A stretch of DNA of 62,467 bases from IMG/VR virus record IMGVR_UViG_3300045115_000277, positions 1 to 62,467 of that record, one strand, 5' to 3'. Made by a program: the position numbers and the translations under genes. Source of the stretch: a virus (taxonomy: Duplodnaviria > Caudoviricetes). A model generated the notes under the pieces. That model did not search any database. It was not told where the DNA came from and saw only the letters and a program-made list of their open reading frames with translations. This document shows, piece by piece, positions 48,353-57,357 of this stretch. Each line of letters starts with the position of its first letter. Positions within the stretch are counted from its first letter, which is position 1.

Positions 48353-48763
48353 ATGGCCCATGAAACGAGCACGCAGGAATGGCTGCTGGGCGGGGGCGGC
48401 CTTGTGACCCTCGGCGGCGGGATCGTGTGGGCGTGGAACGCAATTTGGGCGCGTGCCGACAAGCGCCAGCGTGAACTGGATGCCCGCGCCGCGAAACTGG
48501 ACGAAGAGGAAGCACAGGCAGTGCTCGACATGAAGGGGCGGCTCAACGCGATCGAGGGTGCGTTGGTGTCGATGGGCGAGCAGCTGGAGCAGCACCGCCT
48601 CGCCCTTCACATCCTCGTGGCTAAGGTCGCGCGCGAAGACCCCGCCGCGCCCGAACTGGAGCAGGTCGCCAACATCCTTGGCAACGCATTCCCTGTGCAC
48701 CTGCACATCCCGGCCGACATGGCCGACGCGATCAACCGCATCGATAAAGGAGCTGCCGCATGA
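48353..48763 (+). CDS. Single-TM coiled-coil lysis-cassette protein (holin/antiholin-like)
   Basis: N-terminal hydrophobic segment; first gene of the lysis unit. Confidence 0.6.
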   Translation: MAHETSTQEWLLGGGGLVTLGGGIVWAWNAIWARADKRQRELDARAAKLDEEEAQAVLDMKGRLNAIEGALVSMGEQLEQHRLALHILVAKVAREDPAAPELEQVANILGNAFPVHLHIPADMADAINRIDKGAAA

Positions 48764-48990
48764 AGCTCATCCCGAACTGGCGCGACGCCTGGCGCTGGTC
48801 GAGCGTCCGGTTGAGCGCCGCGGCGACGCTCGTCTGGGCATGGCTGCTCGCCAATCCCGATGCCCTTTGGTCCTTTCTGAACGGGCTCCCGCCGGAACTG
48901 CGTGAATTGCTGCCGCCTGCCGCGCCCTTGGGCGTGTTCCTGCTCGTCACGCTTGCGCGCATCCTCACCACGGAGCCCAAAGATGATTGA
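48760..48990 (+). CDS. Holin-like protein
   Basis: MKLIPNWRDAWRWSSVRL plus two TM segments. Confidence 0.75.
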   Translation: MKLIPNWRDAWRWSSVRLSAAATLVWAWLLANPDALWSFLNGLPPELRELLPPAAPLGVFLLVTLARILTTEPKDD

Positions 48991-49579
48991 TCCTTCGCAC
49001 ATTGTCGTCACTGGCAAGCGGCCGGGCCGGAAGACACTCGCTAGCGTCGTCGGGGCGGCCACGGCCGCGCTGCTGCTGACCTATATCCCGGCGGACGAAA
49101 GCGGCCGGACGGTCCGCGTGGAGATGAAGCAGGACGGCACCGCCAAGGTCCATCATGTCAGCGGCAAGCAATATCTGCGGGCCTATCTCGACATGGTCGG
49201 CGTCCCCACCGCCTGCGACGGCCTGACGAGCTACCGGGGCAAGAAGATCGAGATCGGAGACCGATTCACCGAAGAGCAGTGCGCCACCATGCTTGAAGAA
49301 GAGCTGGTGACGCACGCCGAAGGGGTCATGCAATGTACGCCCGGCCTTGCCCTGACAATCCCGCGCCGCGACAATGCGCGCTTCGCGGCGGTCTCCGGTG
49401 CCTACAATTATGGCGTGCCGCTCTACTGTCGATCGACCGCGCGGGCGCGCTTCAACTCCGGCCAGATTGGCGCGGCCTGCGAGGCGCTGACCTGGTTCAA
49501 CAAGGCCGGCAAGAAGGTTGTGCCGGGGCTGGTGAAGCGTCGGGCGCGGGAGCACGCCGTCTGCGTGAAGGACGCGTAA
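48983..49579 (+). CDS. GH24 lysozyme, probable SAR endolysin
   Basis: Ala/Gly-rich N-terminal anchor; ESG...AYLDMVGVPTACDG; AYNYG; WFNKAG...GLVKRRARE. Confidence 0.88.
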   Translation: MIDPSHIVVTGKRPGRKTLASVVGAATAALLLTYIPADESGRTVRVEMKQDGTAKVHHVSGKQYLRAYLDMVGVPTACDGLTSYRGKKIEIGDRFTEEQCATMLEEELVTHAEGVMQCTPGLALTIPRRDNARFAAVSGAYNYGVPLYCRSTARARFNSGQIGAACEALTWFNKAGKKVVPGLVKRRAREHAVCVKDA

Positions 49580-49764
49580 TGGCGCGCTATGCGACCAAAC
49601 CCGAGCACGCGTTCATCGAAGATGACGTCTGGGCCGAACCGGCGCGTCACGACATCTTCGTGAGCGATGCCGCGCCGATCGACACCGGCCTGCTCGACGC
49701 AGAGGGCAACGCCATCTTCCGTATGCCCAACCCCATCGGCTTCGGCCGCGACGAGGAGTGGTGA
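49579..49764 (+). CDS. Small acidic hypothetical protein
   Basis: TAATG and TGATG overlaps; PIDTGLLDAEGNAIFR. Confidence 0.6.
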   Translation: MARYATKPEHAFIEDDVWAEPARHDIFVSDAAPIDTGLLDAEGNAIFRMPNPIGFGRDEEW

Positions 49765-50267
49765 TGATGCTCGCCCGGATCAAAACCATTGCGGCTATGG
49801 GCGCTGGTCTCGCCATCATGGGCCTGCTTGTCGCCCTGATCGCCACGCGCGCGACGCTCGCCGAGACAAAGCTGCGCTTTGAATTGTGGCAGACGGCGGT
49901 GGCGCACACCCAGGCGGAAGCCACCGCCGACGCCCTGACCCAGAAAATCGAAAGGGAAGCTGAATATGCGAAAGCCGCGACTGCCGCTCAGTCTGATTAT
50001 GATGCTCTGCGCGAGCGTTATGCTCGCCTCGTGCGGACCCAAGCCGCTCGCCATCCGGCCGGCCGTGCCGATCTGCCCGGAGCCGCCCGCCCCGCCGGCA
50101 TTCCTCAAGACGCCGCCGAAAATCCCGAGCTTCCTTCTGGAGCCGGTGATGGTATCCCCTTCGGCACAATCCTGATCCCGCAGGCGGACGCGCTCATCTG
50201 CGCCGAGAACACCGCCTATGCCCAAGGTGCTTATGGCTGGGCGGCCGGGATCACGCCGGCGCGTTGA
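49764..50267 (+). CDS. i-spanin (Rz-like)
   Basis: N-terminal TM, coiled coil, GAGGAG SD. Confidence 0.75.
   Translation: MMLARIKTIAAMGAGLAIMGLLVALIATRATLAETKLRFELWQTAVAHTQAEATADALTQKIEREAEYAKAATAAQSDYDALRERYARLVRTQAARHPAGRADLPGAARPAGIPQDAAENPELPSGAGDGIPFGTILIPQADALICAENTAYAQGAYGWAAGITPAR
49966..50175 (+). CDS. o-spanin (Rz1-like lipoprotein) embedded in Rz
   Basis: Lipobox MLASC, Pro-rich mature part, nested frame. Confidence 0.8.
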   Translation: MRKPRLPLSLIMMLCASVMLASCGPKPLAIRPAVPICPEPPAPPAFLKTPPKIPSFLLEPVMVSPSAQS

Positions 50268-50463
50268 TCTCAGCGAAGTGGGTAGCGCCGACGAAGTGAT
50301 TTCCCTCGCGCGTTGCCCAACCGTAATGATATTCGTCCTCGCCGGTGATGAACCGATCCCAGATGGCGATCTCGATTTCATCGTTCGTCCAGAAGAGTAG
50401 ATCGCGGCCGTCCTTGAGGCGGTCGGGCATGTCTTCGACCGGAATCCAGTCGATCCTGCCCAT
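50251..50463 (-). CDS. Small hypothetical protein (LexA-boxed operon gene 3)
   Basis: MGRIDWIPVEDMPD...THFAEINAP; TGATG overlap. Confidence 0.6.
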   Translation of the reverse strand: MGRIDWIPVEDMPDRLKDGRDLLFWTNDEIEIAIWDRFITGEDEYHYGWATREGNHFVGATHFAEINAPA

Positions 50464-50654
50464 CAGCCCAGCTTCCCCTGCATGAACTCCTCGTTCAGCT
50501 GATCCAGCGATATTTCGCGTATCGCGACCACGTTCTCCAGCATGCTGGCGATAGCGTGCACGTCCCTGCCTTGCAGGCCCGTGTCGAGCACCTCCTCGTC
50601 CTTGCTGAACCGGTCCGCGAAAGCGCGGAACCTGATCTTCAATTCGTCGCGCAT
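50463..50654 (-). CDS. Small hypothetical protein (gene 2)
   Basis: AAGGGA SD; 63 aa helical. Confidence 0.55.
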   Translation of the reverse strand: MRDELKIRFRAFADRFSKDEEVLDTGLQGRDVHAIASMLENVVAIREISLDQLNEEFMQGKLG

Positions 50655-50809
50655 GGCTGTTCCCTTTCTGCCCAGGCGAGCGCGCCGACCATGAACGGGC
50701 CATCGTCGCGCCTCCCCTCACGGATTTCCTGATGGAAATGGCGAAGTCCAATCCCGCGCGCTTCCAACGCATCGGCGACAGCCGCGCGCACTTGTTCGAT
50801 CTGCTTCAT
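50639..50809 (-). CDS. Small hypothetical protein (gene 1)
   Basis: AGGAG SD; MKQIEQVRAAVAD...GRRDDGPFMVGAL. Confidence 0.6.
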   Translation of the reverse strand: MKQIEQVRAAVADALEARGIGLRHFHQEIREGRRDDGPFMVGALAWAEREQPCATN

Positions 50810-50825
50810 GATGTTCTCCTGTTTA

Positions 50826-50858
50826 GAACATATGAAGAACATTCAGCGATTCGGTCAA
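50826..50858 (-). promoter_or_regulatory. Alphaproteobacterial LexA box GTTC-N7-GTTC overlapping a promoter
   Basis: GAACATATGAAGAAC at 50826-50840; minus-strand TTGACC at 50858-50853. Confidence 0.75.
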
Positions 50859-50895
50859 GCCGAACGTCCGCTCCGCCCGTGAAAGCAGATTGCAA

Positions 50896-52335
50896 TTAGA
50901 AGACGGCGCCACCTAGCCGTCCTGGGCTAGACCTTGTCCCCAATCGATCTGCAATGACCATTCCCGCAAATAAGAAAACTAATGCCACATTGTCTTCAAT
51001 AGACAGAACGCTGAAACCAACGCCCATACCCACCAAGAAGGCAGCGATAGCACTATTAATCGCTCGTACATATGCGTTGGCGCCTTCGAGCGCATTTCTT
51101 ACCGCCATCATGATCAACGCTGACATGAAAGCAACCCAAAGAACCAATCCTACATATCCACCATGAATTAATATAGATAGGTACAGACTATCGATGGTAG
51201 CCATCCCAGTGGGCCCAGTCACGCCGGCTAGAAATTGAGCAGTCCCATCACCATGGCCCATCCAAGGTGACTCTGAGGCACGCGTTAAGGCATCCGAAAC
51301 CATAATCTCGCGTATCCGTGCACTGCTGAGGTTATCAGCGGTTCCGCCGACAACCTGAGTCAACGCATCGCCCAAATAAAACGCGTATAAGCTAACGACC
51401 GACGCTATCGCCAAAGAAAGCGTTAGTATAAGCCATCGGTACTTAAACCAATTCAACGTCATCAAGAGCACGAAAAACAAATTAGCGACAATAAACACCA
51501 GAAGACCGGATCGAGATGTCGATACAAAAACGCAGTACATACAACCAAATACGGCGATCATGGAGGCATATCTCCAACCTGCTTTTTCGTTGATTGCGAG
51601 CGCCGCGCATAGGGGAACTAAAGCTCCCGCAAACTGCCCTAGCACCAAGGGCTGGGTCATCAGTGATTGAGCTCTTAGAGATCCATCCCTGTAGAAATTG
51701 TTCATGAACGATTCAGCCAATATTCCGCCGGCGGCATATCTGTTCAAGCCGCTCAGCATCATAAGGCGCATATTATAAAGAATTTCTATGAAAGCCCCAA
51801 CGGAAATCAAGATAACACAAATAATTATTGCGCGAAGTGCATGTCTATATATGTTTCTATCCAGAAGATAGACGGTAGAGCTCAGAAATATCAGTGCAAT
51901 CGGCACATAAACTCGGAAATATTCGACTATAGGAATGCTGGAAGACACCGGCTTGCCAAAAAATGAAGACAAGAATCTCCAAAACGAATAAGCTCCGAGC
52001 AACAAAAAAATGAACTTAGAACGATTAAATGCATATAAAAATGGATTCCAAACTCTTTTTACTACAAAAGCATAAAATATACCTGCCGCAAAAAATAATG
52101 TGGAATAAATGACGAACGGGCTTATGCCCGGCAATCCAGGAACTGATAGGTAAAAGTATCTTGGCCACAGTAACGTAATCACGATGAGCGCCAGAAAGGA
52201 TAGAGCGGCACCTCTGCCTAAGCTATAACTCCCCAAACCTGATGATCCTTGAGCCGAAGCCATGGCCACCAACAAGCGTTCTCGCCGTGACGTCGCGCTG
52301 TCAGGCACGTCGTCCATCAATTTACCATCCGCCAT
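50896..52335 (-). CDS. O-antigen ligase / Wzy_C-family membrane protein
   Basis: Many TMs; RAQSLMTQPL, STSRSGLL, PWMGHG, IDSLYL; AT-richer DNA. Confidence 0.8.
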   Translation of the reverse strand: MADGKLMDDVPDSATSRRERLLVAMASAQGSSGLGSYSLGRGAALSFLALIVITLLWPRYFYLSVPGLPGISPFVIYSTLFFAAGIFYAFVVKRVWNPFLYAFNRSKFIFLLLGAYSFWRFLSSFFGKPVSSSIPIVEYFRVYVPIALIFLSSTVYLLDRNIYRHALRAIIICVILISVGAFIEILYNMRLMMLSGLNRYAAGGILAESFMNNFYRDGSLRAQSLMTQPLVLGQFAGALVPLCAALAINEKAGWRYASMIAVFGCMYCVFVSTSRSGLLVFIVANLFFVLLMTLNWFKYRWLILTLSLAIASVVSLYAFYLGDALTQVVGGTADNLSSARIREIMVSDALTRASESPWMGHGDGTAQFLAGVTGPTGMATIDSLYLSILIHGGYVGLVLWVAFMSALIMMAVRNALEGANAYVRAINSAIAAFLVGMGVGFSVLSIEDNVALVFLFAGMVIADRLGTRSSPGRLGGAVF

Positions 52336-52605
52336 TGTCCTGAGACCTGCCCCTTGCAGTAGATCACGCAATCAGCCTTTGAAGCGCGAGCTGCGTTGAT
52401 GCAAGACAGATTTCAGAGCGTCCGGGCTGGTGCTATCGTGTTATGACCGCGCTTTATGTTGCACCGGCGGGTGCCATTGTCTATCAGGCGCAGGCCCAAC
52501 CCAGCCCATCAGGACAGTCTGAATGCGTGCATTGCGTACCGCGATGAAATATGCCGTCTACGGTCATGCCCGACCTCATCAGCCACGCTGGATCAGGTAA
52601 CATCA

Positions 52606-54072
52606 ATGGCGATACGGAATGTGAGTTATCCGCGCACGATGCCAATGCAATCGCGATTGGGCATCTCTCCGTTGGTAGTGCCTGCCGCCCTAGCCACGAT
52701 CATTGTGAGTATTGCCCTTCTTGGGCTGGCGAATTCCGCTCCGGATCCGCTAGAATTGAACGCATCTCAACTAGTGCTGGCTGCCACATTTATTGTGACC
52801 ATGGTGGCATTAATCCTGACCTCACTCTCAATCAGGATGCAGGTCTGCTTCCAGATTTTGTATATATACCTCTGCATATATCTTATCCTTCCAGGATTTA
52901 ATCACGTTTCATTGAATGACTATCCGTTTTATCGGATGGCATATCGCGATGACGTCCAGCTGGAATCTTCCCTCATTGTAGCGGTTTTTTGCGCAGTGTT
53001 CGTGCTTATCCAGTGTTACTTTTTGATTTTTCCAAAGCCTCAGCTTAATGAACGAAATACTGAGTATCAACTTCAGAGCCGTGGCTGGTTTGTTTTTTTA
53101 TACTGGGTTTTGACATGCGCGGCTGCGGGGCTATTTCTAGTCGTTGTGGGGCCGAATTATGCGTTTGGCGCGCGCTTAAACAACGTCTTAGAACTCGATG
53201 CCGCGTCAGCAACGATGATAACAGTGCTGCCGCGAGCGATCGGGTCTGTGGGTTTAGGTCTCGCATTCGCTCATGCGCGAATGCGCGGATCCCGCGTGGG
53301 CATTGTGACCGTTCTCGCATTTCTTTTACCAACGGCAGTGCTGCTGTTTCCGCCGGCAATAGCCCGGGGCACACTATTCGGCACAATCCTCCTATGCTGT
53401 TTTGCAACGATAGATTTTTCGAAGATTTCTAATCGATTAAACCTAACTCTGCTTTTCCTTTTCGGTGCTGTTGTGGCTATGCCAGTTACCGACATGCTGA
53501 CGAGGGGCGGCCGAAACCTGTCTGATCTTCAGTCATCTGAGGTCATGAATCGTTATTTCAAATCCGGCGATTTCGATGGGCTTCAATCCATAAACAATGC
53601 GGTTCTGTTGGTCGAATCATCAGGTCTGCAGGGCGGCAAGCAGCTTTTAAGTTCGATTTTGTTTTTTCTCCCTCGGACGGCTTGGCCAACTAAAGCCGAA
53701 CCGACCGGCATCGTCGCTGCTAGGGCTGCAGGCTACAAGTTCCTGAATATTTCACAGCCCATCCCGGGCGAATTTTTCGTGGATTTCGGCTTGACCGGAA
53801 TGGCTCTCTGCGCCGCGATACTCGCCTTTCTCATGTTGCGGCTGGACAGGTGGATAGATAAAACTTGGAACAGCGTCCCCGCAAGCAGGCTCATTGCGGG
53901 CGCGTTTGTCGCCTACAGTTTGATGATATTTCGAGGGTCTTTGGGTGCAGTCATTGGGCCGGTGCTCTTGGCGGGTGCTTTATGCCTTCTAATCAAGTTT
54001 TTCGGGTACAGACGAGAGATTTCTCGTGAAAACGATCATGAGGTTGTGCCCAATGACGCAGCTTCACGATGA
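52606..54072 (+). CDS. O-antigen polymerase (Wzy)-like membrane protein
   Basis: About 10 TMs; GDFDG, FFLPRTAWPTK, GEFFVDFG motifs. Confidence 0.75.
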   Translation: MAIRNVSYPRTMPMQSRLGISPLVVPAALATIIVSIALLGLANSAPDPLELNASQLVLAATFIVTMVALILTSLSIRMQVCFQILYIYLCIYLILPGFNHVSLNDYPFYRMAYRDDVQLESSLIVAVFCAVFVLIQCYFLIFPKPQLNERNTEYQLQSRGWFVFLYWVLTCAAAGLFLVVVGPNYAFGARLNNVLELDAASATMITVLPRAIGSVGLGLAFAHARMRGSRVGIVTVLAFLLPTAVLLFPPAIARGTLFGTILLCCFATIDFSKISNRLNLTLLFLFGAVVAMPVTDMLTRGGRNLSDLQSSEVMNRYFKSGDFDGLQSINNAVLLVESSGLQGGKQLLSSILFFLPRTAWPTKAEPTGIVAARAAGYKFLNISQPIPGEFFVDFGLTGMALCAAILAFLMLRLDRWIDKTWNSVPASRLIAGAFVAYSLMIFRGSLGAVIGPVLLAGALCLLIKFFGYRREISRENDHEVVPNDAASR

Positions 54073-54502
54073 TCCTACACCTGGACGATTTGATGGAGCA
54101 TTGGCATGGTTCGCAAAGCTAATGACCCCTCCTATATTGGGATTGGCAGTAACTGCTGTTTTTTTATCGCTCATGATTCTGACCCAACCGGATTGGGACA
54201 CGGGGCCAGGAAAATACTTGTTGAGCAACTATGAGGTAGAAAGAGCCGTAAGGTCGCGGTTGTCTGACCCTCCATATCTGACTTTTAAACACCTAAATAA
54301 GGGCTGCGGAATAGCTGTGCTTAGAAGGAGTTCTTTGCGTCAGATTACACGGATTAACTTCATCGTTGGTAACAACAAAAAAGTCGCATTTGCTTCAGAT
54401 GCTCCGTCTGAATTTGGCAAGCTATGGAGCCGATTTTGTTTCCAAAGTTCTGGTGAAGATCTCGATCGCTCCGCCCTGTATGGAAAAGATCGCCGTGAAT
54501 AA
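54053..54502 (+). CDS. Hypothetical membrane-anchored protein
   Basis: One TM; overlaps both neighbours. Confidence 0.5.
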   Translation: MTQLHDDPTPGRFDGALAWFAKLMTPPILGLAVTAVFLSLMILTQPDWDTGPGKYLLSNYEVERAVRSRLSDPPYLTFKHLNKGCGIAVLRRSSLRQITRINFIVGNNKKVAFASDAPSEFGKLWSRFCFQSSGEDLDRSALYGKDRRE

Positions 54503-55919
54503 GACTTTGTCTGGTTTGGCTTTAGTTGGCACGGCGCTATCCATGTGCCTGCTGATCCCCCATTCGATCTCGAAAGACCTTAGCTCATTCCGGGTCCATA
54601 GTTTGACCTCCCAGAACCCTGGCCAGAAATTTGTGATAGCGCATTACTTTCCGCTATTCGAAGTGTCCATTGCGCCACAAACTGAGCATGGTGACTACTA
54701 TGAACAGAACTTTTTAAGCCCTCACGGTGAAAATGATAAATTTCTAACGGGAAGAGGCTTCGTAAGGGAAAGGCCCTTGCTACCGCGCGGCGGCATACAA
54801 TCTCGGCAGCAGGCGTTCGACTTAGACATCGCGCGAGCCGCAGAGATTGGTATTGACGCTTTCGGCATCGATCTTTTCGAGCCGGGAAGTCGATCATGGG
54901 AAGTTGCGGAGGAGCTTCTAAGCGCGGCCGCTCGATCCCGTAAGAAAATTCGAATTGTGCCAGAACCCGACATGACGGTTCTGAAGGCCACATCACCTCA
55001 GAAGCTGGCTAAAGCAATTGAGGTCCTTATATCTGATAACGCCACATTTATGTTATCCGACGGCCGAAAACTAGTAATGCCGTTTGCCTCTGAGCACGTT
55101 AGTCCAGGATACTGGAAAGAATTCACCAAGGTACTAGCGCAGGACGGGTACGATATTGCTCTTGCTCATGACTTTATCGACCCCAATAATATGGCTTCTT
55201 ATGCTCGAGAATCTTGGGCCGCGACCCGCTGGGGAACTCGTGACTTAAGTAGCGGAGACGTTCAGAATGATTTCCACGCGCGGGCCCAACGGGCTGGCTA
55301 CGAGCGTTGGATCGCCACCGTCGCGCCGCAAGATATGCGTCCTAAGGATCTTATAATGGCAGAATCGGAGGGCACCGGCTCTCTTCGATCTGCATTCGAC
55401 GCTGCTCAACAAGGAAACGCAATTGGCGTCCACATTGCCACATGGAACGACTACAGCGAGGGCACTGAAATTGCGCCGTCCTCGGCCGCGTTGCACTCGT
55501 GGTATGATCTCGTCCAGTGGTATATCGCCAAGTTCAAAAAGGGAAAGAATCCAACCATACGAAAAGATTCAGTAATTGCGCATTACCGCCGCCAGATTTT
55601 TGTAGCGACGGAGACCAAGTACGGGAGTTCTTGGCAAAATAAGGGCACAACCCCAGTTCAAAATATTGTGGATGTCGCTGCATTCTTAACAAGAAAAGCA
55701 ACTATAAGAATCAGGGTCGGGAATGTAGAAATGAGCCGCGTTCTTACAGCAGGTGCTAGTCGTATCGTTGTTCCAGCTCGTCCAGGGAAGGTGGCGGTAT
55801 CAGTCGTCCGTTCAGGACGCGTGATCCTGAGATGCACAGGCGCTGAAGAGATCGTGCCAAAGCCTGCGCGACACGATCCCCTTTATATCGGCTTTTCGTC
55901 CTCTCGGGACTGCTCGTGA
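54495..55919 (+). CDS. Exported glycoside hydrolase, GH71-like
   Basis: VIAHYF, DIARAAEIGIDAF, VAPQDMRP, ATWNDYSEGTEIAPS. Confidence 0.75.
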   Translation: MNKTLSGLALVGTALSMCLLIPHSISKDLSSFRVHSLTSQNPGQKFVIAHYFPLFEVSIAPQTEHGDYYEQNFLSPHGENDKFLTGRGFVRERPLLPRGGIQSRQQAFDLDIARAAEIGIDAFGIDLFEPGSRSWEVAEELLSAAARSRKKIRIVPEPDMTVLKATSPQKLAKAIEVLISDNATFMLSDGRKLVMPFASEHVSPGYWKEFTKVLAQDGYDIALAHDFIDPNNMASYARESWAATRWGTRDLSSGDVQNDFHARAQRAGYERWIATVAPQDMRPKDLIMAESEGTGSLRSAFDAAQQGNAIGVHIATWNDYSEGTEIAPSSAALHSWYDLVQWYIAKFKKGKNPTIRKDSVIAHYRRQIFVATETKYGSSWQNKGTTPVQNIVDVAAFLTRKATIRIRVGNVEMSRVLTAGASRIVVPARPGKVAVSVVRSGRVILRCTGAEEIVPKPARHDPLYIGFSSSRDCS

Positions 55920-55946
55920 CCCCGGGGCACGCCGTCTGGACGCATT

Positions 55947-56711
55947 TTAAGGCAGCGACAGTCGGATCGCCGTCGCCTGCCCCGTCGCCAGATTGATGAA
56001 GCCGCCGGCGTGGCCGATGGAGCCGCGCCCCAGCAGGTCGAACATCAGCGCCAGCGCGTGGCTGGACATGACGCGGTTGATGAACAGCGATTGCCGCTCC
56101 AGCGCCTCCGCGACCGAGCAGCTGGGCGCGTCATCCTCGGCCATGCTTTCGTCCGCAAGCTCGGGGAAATATTCGAGCACGGTCGGCAGTCGCATATGCG
56201 CATCGTTCTGGAACACGGAGCGCCGCGACGTGCCGATGATGAACTGGCCGTCCGTCGCGCGGTTGCCGAGGTCGAGCCAATAGAATGGCGGCACATGCCC
56301 CTCATCCGCGAAAGCAGCGCCGATCGCGCGCCGCGCCTTCGCCGTGTCGACGCAGGTGATGATGATGTCCTGCCCGTTCAATTCGAACGCTTCGGGCGCG
56401 CGGCCATGGACCGCAGTCCAGGCTAGACCGTGCGCCAGGTTGACGCGCTCGGTCAACGTGATCGCCTTCGAGTTGCCGAGGTCGCAGCGATAGAAGGGCT
56501 GGCGGCCAAGGTTCGCCTCGCTCACCACGTCGTCATCGATGACGGTGACATGCAGGGACCGGGACGAAATCGCGGCGAGCGCTGTGTCGAGCGACGCCAG
56601 CCCCATCAGCATCTGCGCGCCGTTGCCGCCGCATCCCACGAGGGCGACCTTGATCGCGCGATTATCAAAGCCGGCCGGGAGATAGTGCCGAAGAGGTGTG
56701 TCAGGCTGCAT
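55947..56711 (-). CDS. PRTRC system ThiF/E1-like protein
   Basis: VGCGGNG, DDDVVSEANLGRQ, CVDTAKAR, WLDLGN, PSCSVAEALERQ. Confidence 0.9.
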   Translation of the reverse strand: MQPDTPLRHYLPAGFDNRAIKVALVGCGGNGAQMLMGLASLDTALAAISSRSLHVTVIDDDVVSEANLGRQPFYRCDLGNSKAITLTERVNLAHGLAWTAVHGRAPEAFELNGQDIIITCVDTAKARRAIGAAFADEGHVPPFYWLDLGNRATDGQFIIGTSRRSVFQNDAHMRLPTVLEYFPELADESMAEDDAPSCSVAEALERQSLFINRVMSSHALALMFDLLGRGSIGHAGGFINLATGQATAIRLSLP

Positions 56712-57357
56712 GATGGCCTCCTGCAAAGGGGATGCGGGGAAGTGGCAGGAACATGCCGGCCGCGCAGATGCGAGCGACGGCGTCCGGCGTTGGCCGATCG
56801 AGCCTGCCAAACACGACGGAGATCTTGGTCGAGTGCGCGTCGTCCTCGTTGTCCGGCGTGCTGAAAAAGGCACCGCCCCTGCCATGGCTGTGGATGTCGC
56901 ACACGACGTGCCAGCCGGGATCGCTGGCTGGCGTTCGATAGACGAGGCGCGACGGTGTTGCCTCATCGATGACAGGAAACACCAGGTCGAAGTCGCCGCT
57001 ATGCTCGTTCCACAGCACGAACGCTGCCGCCTCATCTGGCAGGGCCGCGCGTAGGTGGGCGAGGATGCGGTGATAGTGCTCGGCCGGGATCAGACCGCAC
57101 ACCAGATTGGCGCGCTGATCGCCGATGCTGCCATAAGGCAGGTAGATGTCGGGTCGAGGATGAAGGGGCACATCCAGTTCCAGCCAAGGCCGACGCAGGA
57201 TCAGCATCACGCCATCGCTGCCAACCGCCAAGCCATGCCCCGACCGGCTGGCGCGCAGCGCATCGATGGCGGGCGACGCGCCGGTCGGCGGCACGGGATA
57301 GCAAGGCACTGCGGCGAGGACGGCAAGTGCTGTGGGATCATCGGCGAGGATGCTCAT
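56701..57357 (-). CDS. PRTRC system protein A (JAB peptidase)
   Basis: LPDEAAA...DIHSHG...AFFSTPDNEDD. Confidence 0.88.
   Translation of the reverse strand: MSILADDPTALAVLAAVPCYPVPPTGASPAIDALRASRSGHGLAVGSDGVMLILRRPWLELDVPLHPRPDIYLPYGSIGDQRANLVCGLIPAEHYHRILAHLRAALPDEAAAFVLWNEHSGDFDLVFPVIDEATPSRLVYRTPASDPGWHVVCDIHSHGRGGAFFSTPDNEDDAHSTKISVVFGRLDRPTPDAVARICAAGMFLPLPRIPFAGGHHAA

Larger units (their letters stand above)
1..50267. mobile_element. Temperate podovirus-type prophage (xis to spanins; right boundary uncertain, integrase probably just left of the window)
   Basis: Ordered modules: xis, early genes, cI/cro, replication, terminase-portal-scaffold-capsid, short-tail and ejection proteins, lysis. 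No tape measure or sheath gene seen; no att site identified. Confidence 0.92.
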
